Shown here piece after piece: positions 49,676 to 58,836 of a stretch of DNA of 64,000 nucleotides; the first letter of the stretch is position 1; each line of letters starts with the position of its first letter. Under the pieces are notes generated by a model. The model was not told the origin of the DNA, made no database searches, and was given only the letters and a program-made list of their open reading frames with translations. A program made the position numbers and the translations under genes. The DNA lies in contig OZ243951.1 in the NCBI GenBank assembly GCA_965214565.1, forward strand, positions 2,579,166 to 2,643,165, in the 5' to 3' direction. Source of the stretch: Candidatus Aldehydirespiratoraceae bacterium. Lineage in GTDB: Bacteria > Actinomycetota > Acidimicrobiia > Acidimicrobiales > Aldehydirespiratoraceae.

Positions 49676-52385
49676 CGGTGTCTGGATGGGCCGGGTCGGG
49701 ACGGTAGGGGTCGATCCCTGCATCGGCAATAGCACGGCTGACTTCTTCACGGGTGGCGGTGCCTTCTTCGAGCATGGCCGACAGGACCGCAACGACCACG
49801 TTGCGGGCATCGATCTCAAAGAACCGACGAAGTGCTTCGCGGGTGTCGGAACGACCGAACCCGTCGGTTCCGAGGACATGCAGCGGGCGGGGCGTCCAGC
49901 GCGCGATCTGGTCGGGTACCAGGGTCATCCAGTCCGACACGGCCACTATCGGTCCTTCGCTGTCGGCAAGCCTCCGGGCTACGTTGGACAACTCGGGTGC
50001 GCGCTCGGGCGACAGCCGGTTGCGACGTTCCACGTCCAGCGCATCGGCGCGGAGTCGTTTGTAGGAGGTGACGCTCCAGAGTTCGGCGCCGATGTCGTAT
50101 TCGTCGGCAAGTATCTGTTGGGCCTCGCGCGCGGCGAGGTTCAGGGTTCCCGAGAAGAGGATGGTTGCACGGCGTTCCGGCCCGTCGGGACCGTCGTCGA
50201 ACTTGTAGATCCCGTCGGTGATGTCACGGTCCTGCACATGGTCGGGCCGCGGCGGCTGTTCGTAGTTCTCGTTGTAGATCGTGATGTAGTAGAACACGTC
50301 CTCACCGTCGGCTGAGCGCCCGTCGGGGTACATCCGGTGCAGACCGTGGCGCAGAATCGTGCCGAGTTCGTAGGCGAAGGCGGGGTCGTAGGCCTCGCAC
50401 GAGGGGACCGTGGAGGCCAACAGCATGCTGTGGCCGTCCTGATGCTGCAGCCCCTCGCCCAACAGCGTGGTCCGGCCGGCGGTGGCACCCATCAGGAAAC
50501 CGCGCGTTCGAGCGTCAGCTGCTGCCCACAGCGAATCGCCCACCCGCTGGAAACCGAACATCGAGTAGAACGTGTAGAACGGGACCATTGGAACACCGCT
50601 GTTGGCAAAGGCGGTGCCGGCCGCGATCCACTCGGCAGTGGAACCGCACTCGGTGATGCCCTCCTCGAGGATCTGTCCGTCCTCGGATTCGGCGTAGGAC
50701 AGCAACAGGTCGTGGTCGACCGGTTCGTAGAGTTGGCCCTGCGGCGCGTAGATCCTGAACTCGCGGAACAACGAGTCCATTCCGAAGGTTCGGGCTTCGT
50801 CGGGGACGATCGGCACCACCCGTTCACCGAACCGCTTGTCTCGGAGCAGGTCCCGCAACACTGCGGTGAAGGCCATGGTGGTCGACACAGGCCGCCCCGA
50901 AGACCCCTTCTGAAGGTCTAGGAAGGGTGTTTCGTTCGGCAGCTTGAGCGGTCGCCGGTCGCGCACGATGCGGCTCGGCAGGGGCCCGTCTAGGGCGCGC
51001 CGCCGCCCCATCAGGTACTCGCGCTCCTCTGAGTCTGGTGACGGCCGGTAGTAGGGCGGTATCCCGTCTTCGAGCGACTCTTCGGAGATCTCGTCCTCCA
51101 TCTGGAGCCTGGCGCGCAGTTCCAGGAGTTGTGCCTTGGTCATCTTCTTGATCTGGTGGGTGGCGTTGCGTCCCTCGAAGCCTTCACCGAGGGTCCAGCC
51201 CTTGATGGTCTTGGCGAGGATCACTGTCGGCTGTCCGGTGGTCTGGGCGGCGGCTTTGAACGCCGCGTAGACCTTCTGGTAGTCGTGGCCCCCGCGGGGA
51301 AGTTCCTTGAGGTCGTCGTCGTTGAGATGCACGACGAGTTTGCGCAGTCTCGGGTCGGGTCCGAAGAAGTTCTCGCGGATGTAGGCGCCGTCCTCGACCG
51401 CGAAGCGCTGGTACTCGCCGTCCACCGTCTCGGCCATCTTGTTGAGCAGCACCCCGTCGACGTCGCGGTGGAGCAGTTCATCCCAACGGCTCCCCCATAT
51501 CACCTTGATGACGTTCCAACCTGCGCCGCGGAATACTCCTTCGAGCTCCTGGATGATCTTGCCGTTGCCTCTCACGGGACCGTCGAGCCGCTGCAGGTTG
51601 CAGTTGACGACCCATTTCAGATTGTCGAGTCCAGAGCGGCCTGCCAACGAGATGGCTCCCAGGGTCTCGGGTTCGTCGCATTCGCCGTCGCCGAGGAAAC
51701 TCCAGACATTGCTCTGTGACGTGTCGTCGATCTTGCGTTGGTGCATGTAGCGGTTGAATCTGGCGTGGTAGATCGAATTGATCGGACCCAGGCCCATCGA
51801 GACCGTGGGGTACTCCCAGAACTCCGGCATCAGGCGGGGGTGCGGATAGCTTGAGAGGCCGTTGCCGCCGACTTCCATACGGAAGTTGTCGAGCTGCTGT
51901 TCGTTGAGGCGCCCTTCAAGGTACGCACGTGCGTAGATCCCGGGTGCAGCATGACCCTGGAAGTAGACGTGGTCGCCGGGAAGTCCGTCCTCCTTGCCTC
52001 TGAAGAAATGGTTGAAGCCGACTTCGTAGAGCGCCGCGCTCGAGGCGAACGTCGACAGGTGGCCTCCGATGCCGTCGGCGGTCTTGTTGGCACGGATAAC
52101 CATCGCCGCAGCGTTCCAGCGGATTATCGCACGGATGCGGCGTTCGATGTTCTCGTCTCCGGGGAAGAAGGGCTGTGACTCAGCGGGGATGGTGTTGATG
52201 TAGGGCGTGCCGGTCGTCGGGGGAACGCCGATCTGCAGTTCATTGGACCGTTCGAGAAGCTTGGCGAGCAGGTATCGGGCCCGAGCCTGGCCCTGCCCGG
52301 CGTGGACAGCATCGAGGGAGTCGATCCATTCGGTGGTCTCGTCGGGGTCGATGTCGGGCAGTTGGCGGGAGAAATGGTCAGCCAT
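49668..52385 (-). CDS. aceE: pyruvate dehydrogenase E1 component, homodimeric type
   Basis: About 905 aa from MADHFSRQLPDIDPDETTEWIDSL...; ...GGHLSTFASSA.LYEVGFNHFFRG...GDGE.DEPE.... The track start 52556 adds 57 non-conserved residues. Confidence 0.93.
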   Translation of the reverse strand: MADHFSRQLPDIDPDETTEWIDSLDAVHAGQGQARARYLLAKLLERSNELQIGVPPTTGTPYINTIPAESQPFFPGDENIERRIRAIIRWNAAAMVIRANKTADGIGGHLSTFASSAALYEVGFNHFFRGKEDGLPGDHVYFQGHAAPGIYARAYLEGRLNEQQLDNFRMEVGGNGLSSYPHPRLMPEFWEYPTVSMGLGPINSIYHARFNRYMHQRKIDDTSQSNVWSFLGDGECDEPETLGAISLAGRSGLDNLKWVVNCNLQRLDGPVRGNGKIIQELEGVFRGAGWNVIKVIWGSRWDELLHRDVDGVLLNKMAETVDGEYQRFAVEDGAYIRENFFGPDPRLRKLVVHLNDDDLKELPRGGHDYQKVYAAFKAAAQTTGQPTVILAKTIKGWTLGEGFEGRNATHQIKKMTKAQLLELRARLQMEDEISEESLEDGIPPYYRPSPDSEEREYLMGRRRALDGPLPSRIVRDRRPLKLPNETPFLDLQKGSSGRPVSTTMAFTAVLRDLLRDKRFGERVVPIVPDEARTFGMDSLFREFRIYAPQGQLYEPVDHDLLLSYAESEDGQILEEGITECGSTAEWIAAGTAFANSGVPMVPFYTFYSMFGFQRVGDSLWAAADARTRGFLMGATAGRTTLLGEGLQHQDGHSMLLASTVPSCEAYDPAFAYELGTILRHGLHRMYPDGRSADGEDVFYYITIYNENYEQPPRPDHVQDRDITDGIYKFDDGPDGPERRATILFSGTLNLAAREAQQILADEYDIGAELWSVTSYKRLRADALDVERRNRLSPERAPELSNVARRLADSEGPIVAVSDWMTLVPDQIARWTPRPLHVLGTDGFGRSDTREALRRFFEIDARNVVVAVLSAMLEEGTATREEVSRAIADAGIDPYRPDPAHPDTGA

Positions 52386-52504
52386 ATGTGTGTCTATTCT
52401 CGCAGGACTTTTCGGCTTTGGTTGAAGCTGTTGCCGGTTTTGCCGAAGTGCACTGTGCGTTCGGAAGAGGCCGTGCGCTCGGGAGACCGTGTTCGGGAGG
52501 GGGA

Positions 52505-53176
52505 GTGGTTGGAAGTCTCGGACAGAAGTTGCACAATGGGCGCATCGGTACTTCACCCAGCAATCCGGTCCCAGTCAGGACGGTCTTTACCGACGGTGCC
52601 TGTCAGGGCAATCCCGGCCCCGGTGGTTGGGGCTGGGTGGTGCCCGACGGTCCCTGGGCCAGTGGTGCACAGGAAGTGACGACCAATCAGCGGATGGAGT
52701 TGACGGCGGCTCTCGAAGCGGTGCGAGCGTTGGGCGGTCCGCTTCAGGTGGTTTCCGATTCGACCTATGTTGTTCACTGTTTCCGTGACCGCTGGTGGGC
52801 TGGATGGCTGCAGCGCGGGTGGCGAACCTCCTCCAAGAAGCAGGTCTCCAACCGAGACCTGTGGGAACCTCTGATCGACTTGTACCGCAAAGCATCCGAT
52901 GACATCAGCTTCGTCTGGGTCAAGGGGCACTCCGGCAACCGCTGGAACAATGTTGCAGACCACCTCGCGGTTGAAGCCGCGCGAGCTCAGACGGGTGCTG
53001 GAGGCGAGGACCTGAACGGCATCGACCTGGGAAGGTTCGGCCTCTCCGGCGGCTCAGGCACCGGCAGCCAAGGCATCGGCAGCCCAGGCAGCCCAGGCGA
53101 CTCAGCAGGATCAGGCAGTCTCAGCCTGCCGGGACTTGAGCCTCCCGAAGAGGAAGAGGAACTCAAGCTTTTCTGA
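52505..53176 (+). CDS. rnhA: ribonuclease HI with a Gly/Ser/Pro-rich acidic C-terminal tail
   Basis: ...VFTDGACQGNPGPGGWG...TNQRMELTAALEAV...SDS.YV...W..GW...GW......V.N.DLW..L......W.WVKGHSG...N..AD.LA..A. Start uncertain (GTG 52505 after GGGAGGGGGA). Confidence 0.85.
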   Translation: MVGSLGQKLHNGRIGTSPSNPVPVRTVFTDGACQGNPGPGGWGWVVPDGPWASGAQEVTTNQRMELTAALEAVRALGGPLQVVSDSTYVVHCFRDRWWAGWLQRGWRTSSKKQVSNRDLWEPLIDLYRKASDDISFVWVKGHSGNRWNNVADHLAVEAARAQTGAGGEDLNGIDLGRFGLSGGSGTGSQGIGSPGSPGDSAGSGSLSLPGLEPPEEEEELKLF

Positions 53177-54062
53177 GAGCGTGCCGCAGTGCATCGGCGA
53201 GATCCGGTTGACAGAACTGGTAGCCGCCGGCCAACAACGCTGCGGGTTCTACTCGCTGGCCGGCGTACAGCAGCTGCTGGGTCAGCTCCCTTCCGAACTT
53301 GGCCCACATCACCGCTTTGGGCGTCGGCAGAACTGTTGGACGCCCCAGCACCTGTCCGAGGGTCTTGGTGAACTCTGCGTTGGTGACGGGATTGGGTGCT
53401 GTCATGTTGACAGGTCCGCTGACGTCTTTGTCGAGGAGCCAGATGATGCCCTGCACCATGTCCTGGATTGATATCCAACTCAGCCATTGGCATCCGTCGC
53501 CGATGCGTCCGCCGATTCCGAGTTTGAAGAACGGGAGTTGGGCCTTCAATGCGCCTCCGTCGGGCGCCAACACCACACCGGTGCGAAGATATGTGAGCCG
53601 AGTGGATTCCTGTGCGGGAACAGCAGCCCGTTCCCAGGCGCGCACGACGTCCGCGAGGAAGCCTTCCCCGGCTGAGCTGATCTCATTGAGTCGCTCGCCT
53701 CCCCGGTCTCCGTAGAGGCCGATGGCCGAACCCGACAGGAACACCGACGGAGGGTTCTCGGCAGCGGCGATCGCGTTCGCCAACAGCGCCGTAGTCGTGG
53801 TCCTGCTCTCGAGTATCCGGGTCTTCTGGGCTTCGCTCCAGCGTCTGTCCGCAATCGGTTCTCCGGCTAGGTGTACCACCGCGTCGATGTCTTCAAGGGA
53901 GTCTTCAGCCAACTTGCCGGACGCGGGATTCCAGAATCTGGCTTCGGTGTGGTCGTCGGTGCCGGACCGCAGTAGACGAACCGGTGTGTGGCCTGCGGCT
54001 TGCAGCGCCTTGACCAGCGATGTCCCGATCAATCCGGTGGACCCGCTCACCAGTACTCGCAT
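53163..54062 (-). CDS. TIGR01777/YfcH-like SDR family epimerase (DUF1731 C-terminus)
   Basis: MRVLVSGSTGLIG..L...L...GH.V..L.R...; 299 aa. Confidence 0.85.
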   Translation of the reverse strand: MRVLVSGSTGLIGTSLVKALQAAGHTPVRLLRSGTDDHTEARFWNPASGKLAEDSLEDIDAVVHLAGEPIADRRWSEAQKTRILESRTTTTALLANAIAAAENPPSVFLSGSAIGLYGDRGGERLNEISSAGEGFLADVVRAWERAAVPAQESTRLTYLRTGVVLAPDGGALKAQLPFFKLGIGGRIGDGCQWLSWISIQDMVQGIIWLLDKDVSGPVNMTAPNPVTNAEFTKTLGQVLGRPTVLPTPKAVMWAKFGRELTQQLLYAGQRVEPAALLAGGYQFCQPDLADALRHALRKA

Positions 54063-54158
54063 CGTCGTCCTCCCATCTCACTTCTCGTGCTTGGTCGAGT
54101 CAGCCTCTATGCTTGCGCGAATCATAGAGTGCCGAGTTCTTCAGGGAAAGGCCCAAAG

Positions 54159-54395
54159 GTGTCAGACGAACAGGTCAACCAACGGAGAACAAGGCCCGGA
54201 CTCGGCAAGTTCGTCGCTGCTGCGCTGGTGGCTGCGGCGCTGGTCGCTTTCGTGGTTCAGAACACCGACAGTACTCCGGTTCAGTGGTTCTTCATCGACC
54301 GCAGTGCACCGTTGTGGCTGATCATTGTGGTGTCAGCAGTCGCCGGCGCCGTTCTCAGCGAGATTCTGGGCTGGATCATCCGCCGCCGCCGTTGA
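54159..54395 (+). CDS. LapA/DUF1049-like small membrane protein
   Basis: GTG 54159; two TM segments with ...FVVQNTDSTPVQWFF...PLWLIIVVSAVAGAVL...RRRR. Confidence 0.6.
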   Translation: MSDEQVNQRRTRPGLGKFVAAALVAAALVAFVVQNTDSTPVQWFFIDRSAPLWLIIVVSAVAGAVLSEILGWIIRRRR

Positions 54396-54456
54396 GGGTC
54401 CCGGAACTGAGCGACACGCGACTCGTGCTGCACCCCACCCGAGCGACGGTCCCTCG

Positions 54457-54897
54457 CTAGTTGATGCTGACCACAACGCTGACGATGGCGACGCACAGTA
54501 CCAGCAGCGTCAAGAAGTTGGCGTAGAAGACGCTCGCTCGCCGCTCCGAGGCTTTGGCCGCCTGCTCGACAATCCCGGCGAGAGCAAGGTGGACAGTAGC
54601 AAAGCCTTCCCTCATCTCGGCGCGGACCGTGTTGAGACCGACTTCCAAGTTGGTCCTGGTTGACTCCTCAAGGGCCTTGAGGTCCTCTTTGGTGGCGAAC
54701 TTCTCGGCTAACCTCTCAAGGTCTTCTTTGGTGGCGAACCTCTCGGCTAACCGTTCAAGGTCTTCTTTGGTGGCGAACTGTTCCCAGCCGCCTGGTGGAT
54801 GGTTATCCATAATGTAATGCGCCTGTTCAGGGCCTAGTTTTTCAACCAGTCTCTCGAAAATCGCTACTCGTTGCTGCTCAGCTTCGATATAGGACAC
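54457..54897 (-). CDS. tail-anchored coiled-coil protein with 13-aa tandem repeats (FATKEDLERLAEx)
   Basis: GGGAGGTG plus 7 nt precedes GTG 54897. Three ATKEDL(E/K)(R/A)L repeats and a C-terminal TM LTLLVLCVAIVSVVVSI. Confidence 0.65.
   Translation of the reverse strand: MSYIEAEQQRVAIFERLVEKLGPEQAHYIMDNHPPGGWEQFATKEDLERLAERFATKEDLERLAEKFATKEDLKALEESTRTNLEVGLNTVRAEMREGFATVHLALAGIVEQAAKASERRASVFYANFLTLLVLCVAIVSVVVSIN
54687..54782. repeat. 39-bp tandem repeat, about 2.5 copies, inside the coiled-coil gene
   Basis: CTTTGGTGGCGAAC(T/C)TCTCGGCTAACC(TC/GT)TCAAGGTCTT is repeated at 54687, 54726 and 54765 (partial). Confidence 0.9.
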
Positions 54898-57800
54898 TAC
54901 TAGACACCTCCCTGCCAATTCAGGAATGTTGCGCTTGGATCAGGGGGAAGTCTGAACACTGCCTGTGCGACGCCGCGCCGCCTATCGCGGACCATGATAC
55001 ACAAAAGATAACTAAGATCATTGTTTAGCATTGAAATTCTTGAGAGCCGACCCTAGCCTCCAGTGCCTGGATCCACCGGTGAGGGCCGTGACGACCAGCA
55101 AGGCTGTCGGCGCTTGTTGCGATCGAATCGCAGAGCCGGTAGCGCGGCAACGCTGGGATCTGGTTAGGGTCGTCGGTTCGTGAACAACTTCCTCCTTGAT
55201 CGCGATCCGACGACTTGGGCAGCACCGGAGCGGTTTCCGTCTGCGCTTGTCCCTGGCGGAGTGTTCGTCCAGGACGCACCGAGCGGCTTGGAGGTGACGG
55301 TGGTCCGCGCTACGCGGCGGCCGTCCGCTGCGGACTTGCGCGACGGATGGTCGAAACGGCGGGCTGGCCGCGCCAGCCCTGTGCTGCTCGTGGCGTTCTA
55401 CCCGACGACCGAAGGCGAGCGGGTGTCTCTGTGTGGTCCAATCGGAGACCCGCCGCTGGTGCATCGCGACCTCGAGGTCTCGCAGGTCGAGAGACTGGCT
55501 GAAGTTGCACTGAGTGAGCCGAGCCACCATGCCGCCACTCGCTTCCTGCTGGCAGCGGCCTCGGAGTTGGACTCCCCGTTTCCGGGTCTCCGAAACGTCG
55601 GTTTGTTGGCGACCCAGGAGCTCAGAGTCGGCGTTCCTGATCGGCCCGACTGGGTTTCGGCCACCCGCAAGGCCTCAGTCTTGCTGGGAAGGCGGGGGCG
55701 TCGTCTGGTTGAGGGCCTGGGGTTCCGAATCGAAACTTTGTCTACCAACGCCCAGATGCTCACAATCAACAACCGCAAGCACGCGGTGGCGGTGTTCTGT
55801 GATGACGACGAGCCTTTCGAGGCGCCGTCGGGCCGGTTCGACAACACCTCACCGGTTTCTAGGGCGCTTGCCCTGGCCGATCAGGAGCGGGTCGATTGGG
55901 TGATCCTCACACGATCCTCGGAGATCCGCCTCTACGCCGCCCGTCCCGACACTGGCGTGGGTCGGAAGGGCCGGGCTGAGACGTTCGTGGAATTGAACCT
56001 TTCCTTGGTTCCCGACGATTTCGCGGGCTATCTCCAATTGCTGTTCTCCGCCGACGCCCTTCGCGACGACGGCACCCTCGAGCAGATTCTTGAGCGGTCG
56101 GCTGACTATGTTGCCGAGTTGGCTGTTCGCTTGCGTGAACGGGTGTACCACGAAACGGTGCCGACCCTGGCCAGAGCCGTCGCCGCTCGGCTCCAATCTG
56201 AACCGGGCAGCGAAGGCTTGAACGAGAGCGACCTGGCCGGAGCCTACGAGCAGGTGATGGTGATCCTGTTCCGGCTGTTGTTCGTGGCCTATGCCGAGGA
56301 CAAGGACCTGTTGCCCTACCGCTCCAACGGCAAGTACGCGGACCACTCGCTGTCGCACAAGGCCCGTCTGCTCGCGGAGGATCGCCACAAGGGCGCAGAC
56401 GACTACGACGCGGGCTCCACTGATCTGTGGGACGACGTGAAGCAACTGTGGGGTGCAGTCAATCTGGGCAACCGCGACTGGGGCGTGCCTGCCTACAACG
56501 GTGGCCTCTTTTCTTCTGATCCCCAGGTGAGTCATTCGGGGGCGGCCATTGCTGAGATCACACTCAACAACGCCGAGTTCGGCCCAGCCCTGTCAGCAGT
56601 GCTGGTGGACGAGGGGTCCGAGGCCGAGGGCGTGGGCCCGGTGGACTTCCGCTCTCTGTCGGTGCGGGAGTTCGGCACCATCTATGAAGGCCTGTTGGAG
56701 TCGAAGCTGTCGGTGGCCCAAGACGACTTGACCGTCAAGTCCATCAAGGGCAAGGAGAATTACGTACCCGCCTCCGATGATGACGAGGTGGAGGTGCGAG
56801 CAGGTGAGGTGTACTTCCACAACCGTTCCGGTGTCCGTAAGGCAACCGGCTCCTACTTCACCAAGCCGTTCGCTGTCGAGCACCTGCTCGACAGCGCCCT
56901 TGAACCGGCCCTAGACGATCACATCGCCCGCTTGGACGGCCTGCGGGAATCCGGTGACGACGCCGCGTTGGCCGAGGCGTTCTTCGACTTCCGATGTGCC
57001 GACATAGCCATGGGCTCGGCTCACTTTCTGGTGGCCGCGGTCGACCGCATCGAGGCCCGCCTGTCTGCGTGGTTGACCCTTCATCCCGTCGCGGCGGTGA
57101 CTGCGGAACTCAACCGGCTGCGCAACACAGCGCTCGAGGCGCTGGGCGATCTCGCCGACGCCACCGAAGTCGAACAGTCTTCCCTGCTGCGCCGCCAGGT
57201 GGCCCGGCACTGCATCTATGGAGTCGACAAGAACAGCGTCGCTGTCGAACTGGCCCGGCTCGCGATCTGGGTACACACCTTCGTTCCCGGTTTGCCGCTG
57301 TCGTTCCTCGATCACAACCTCGTCCAAGGCGACAGCCTGACCGGCGTGGCTTCGGTCGACGATGCAGCTGCCGCCGTGAAGCCGAGGGGAAGCAGAGCGG
57401 ATTCGTCGTTGTTCGTGTATCTGTTGGAGGAACTGCTGGAAGAGTGTCTGGGGCCGTTGGCCAGGCTCGGGCGCCTCAACGATGCCGACAAGTCCGAGAT
57501 CGACGAAGCACGCGCCGCGCGCGCAGAGACCCGCGAAGCTGTCGCACCGGTCAGGTCGGTGTTCGATGTGGCTTCCGCGGTTCGTGCCGGGGCCATCAAG
57601 ATTCACAGCGATTTCGATTTCAGCCCGGAGAGCATCGCCGCGTTGGCGCAGGAACCAGAAGTTCAGGAAGCTGTCCGCCGGCTCACGCCCGTCCACTATC
57701 CGACAGCTTGGCCTGAGGTGTTCGCCCGAACCGGAAAGAGCGGCTTCGACTGTCTGCTCGGCAACCCACCCTGGGAGAAGGTAGTGGTGGACCGAGAGGT

Positions 57801-58142
57801 CTGGTGGGGCATGCACTTGCCCGGTGTCCGCGCGCTTCCGGTGGCGAAGCGCCGCGCACAGATTGATGCTCTGGAGGCTGCTCGGCCGGATCTGGCTGCT
57901 GAGTTCGAGAATGAGCACAAGCGGACTGAAGCATTGAAGTTGGTGCTGCGAGCCACGTTCGCGAACCTCGGTTCTGGCCAGACCGATCTCTATAAGGCCT
58001 TTGCCTGGGCGAATTTCGCACTCTGCAGTGAAGGCGGAAGGCTCGGTATTGTGCTTCCCCGTTCGGCTGTGTCAGATGCGGGCATGGCCAACTGGCGCAA
58101 GGAGATCGTCGCCGTACCTACCGGAGGCGCACAGGTCCGCGC

Positions 58143-58158
58143 GGGGGGGGGGGGGGGG
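58143..58158 (+). repeat. G16 homopolymer tract inside the methyltransferase coding region
   Basis: Counted directly: gc + 16 g + tg. Confidence 0.95.
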
Positions 58159-58169
58159 TGTCGACGCGA

Positions 58170-58351
58170 ATATCGGTGGCGACCGTCATCAACCACAAGG
58201 GATGGGTGTTCGAGGGGGTCCACAACTCCTACACGGTGGCGCTGGTGGCGGTCACCCGATCCTCTCGGTCGTCACCTGCCTCAACACCAAGCAGTGGGCG
58301 TTCGACGGTCTCGACGGCCGATACACGGTCGCGCTGGTCTCGGTACGAAAG
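58170..58351 (+). repeat. two adjacent paralogous 30-codon modules offset by 92 nt (different frames)
   Basis: A1 (58170-58259) is ISVATVINHKGWVFEGVHNSYTVALVAVTR. A2 (58262-58351, -1 frame) is LSVVTCLNTKQWAFDGLDGRYTVALVSVRK. Confidence 0.85.
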
Positions 58352-58604
58352 CTCAACCGCAGAGCTGAACCAAGGGGGTGGCTTTGACGGCGACCCCGAC
58401 GAGCCCCACGTTGCCGTCTACCCGGGGCCTGCGAGTTCACTGACCCAGTTTCACGAGTTGGTGGACGGTAAACCCGAGCTGATCCCAGTCTCTGAGTTCA
58501 CGCGGTGGTCCAACACTGCCGCGTTCCCCCAGATACCGACCCGCCCTGCCTTTCGGGTATGGCGCAAGATCAAGGCGCATCCCCGCTTCGACGGTGCAGA
58601 TCTG

Positions 58605-58624
58605 CACACACACACACACACACA
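58605..58624 (+). repeat. (CA)10 dinucleotide repeat inside the methyltransferase coding region
   Basis: Counted directly; encodes HTHTHTH in the 58158 frame. Confidence 0.95.
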
Positions 58625-58625
58625 C

Positions 58626-58836
58626 CGCTGGCGATTCCGTCCGGTCCAAGGCGATCTCAACTCAACGAACGACAGAAAGAGGTTTCTCAAGGACGACGGG
58701 CGTGGGGCTTCCATCCAGTCTCCGAACTTCACTCGACTCACGACAGGTCCAGATTCGTGAGCGACGATGGTATTTCCGCCCGTCACGAGAACTCGACTCC
58801 ACCAATGACAGGAAACGGTTCATGAAAGACGATGGA
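58626..58836 (+). repeat. three tandem paralogous 22-25-codon modules, each in a different reading frame (offsets 74 and 65 nt)
   Basis: B1 is RWRFRPVQGDLNSTNDRKRFLKDDG (frame of 58158). B' is AWGFHPVSELHSTHDRSRFVSDDG (frame of 58505). B2 is RWYFRPSRELDSTNDRKRFMKDDG (frame of 58594). Confidence 0.85.

Noticed and set aside
55095-55135. tRNA-like T-arm look-alike (GCGATCGAATCGC) near the island boundary, a possible integration target.
   Set aside because: It is a simple palindrome. There is no TTCRANY loop, no acceptor or anticodon arms, and no integrase nearby.
58143-58158. Treating the methyltransferase simply as three independent genes, as the ORF track suggests.
   Set aside because: Segments 2 and 3 begin with non-ATG codons inside or next to the repeats, lack RBSs, and continue a single collinear MTase architecture. 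The breakpoints coincide exactly with SSR tracts.
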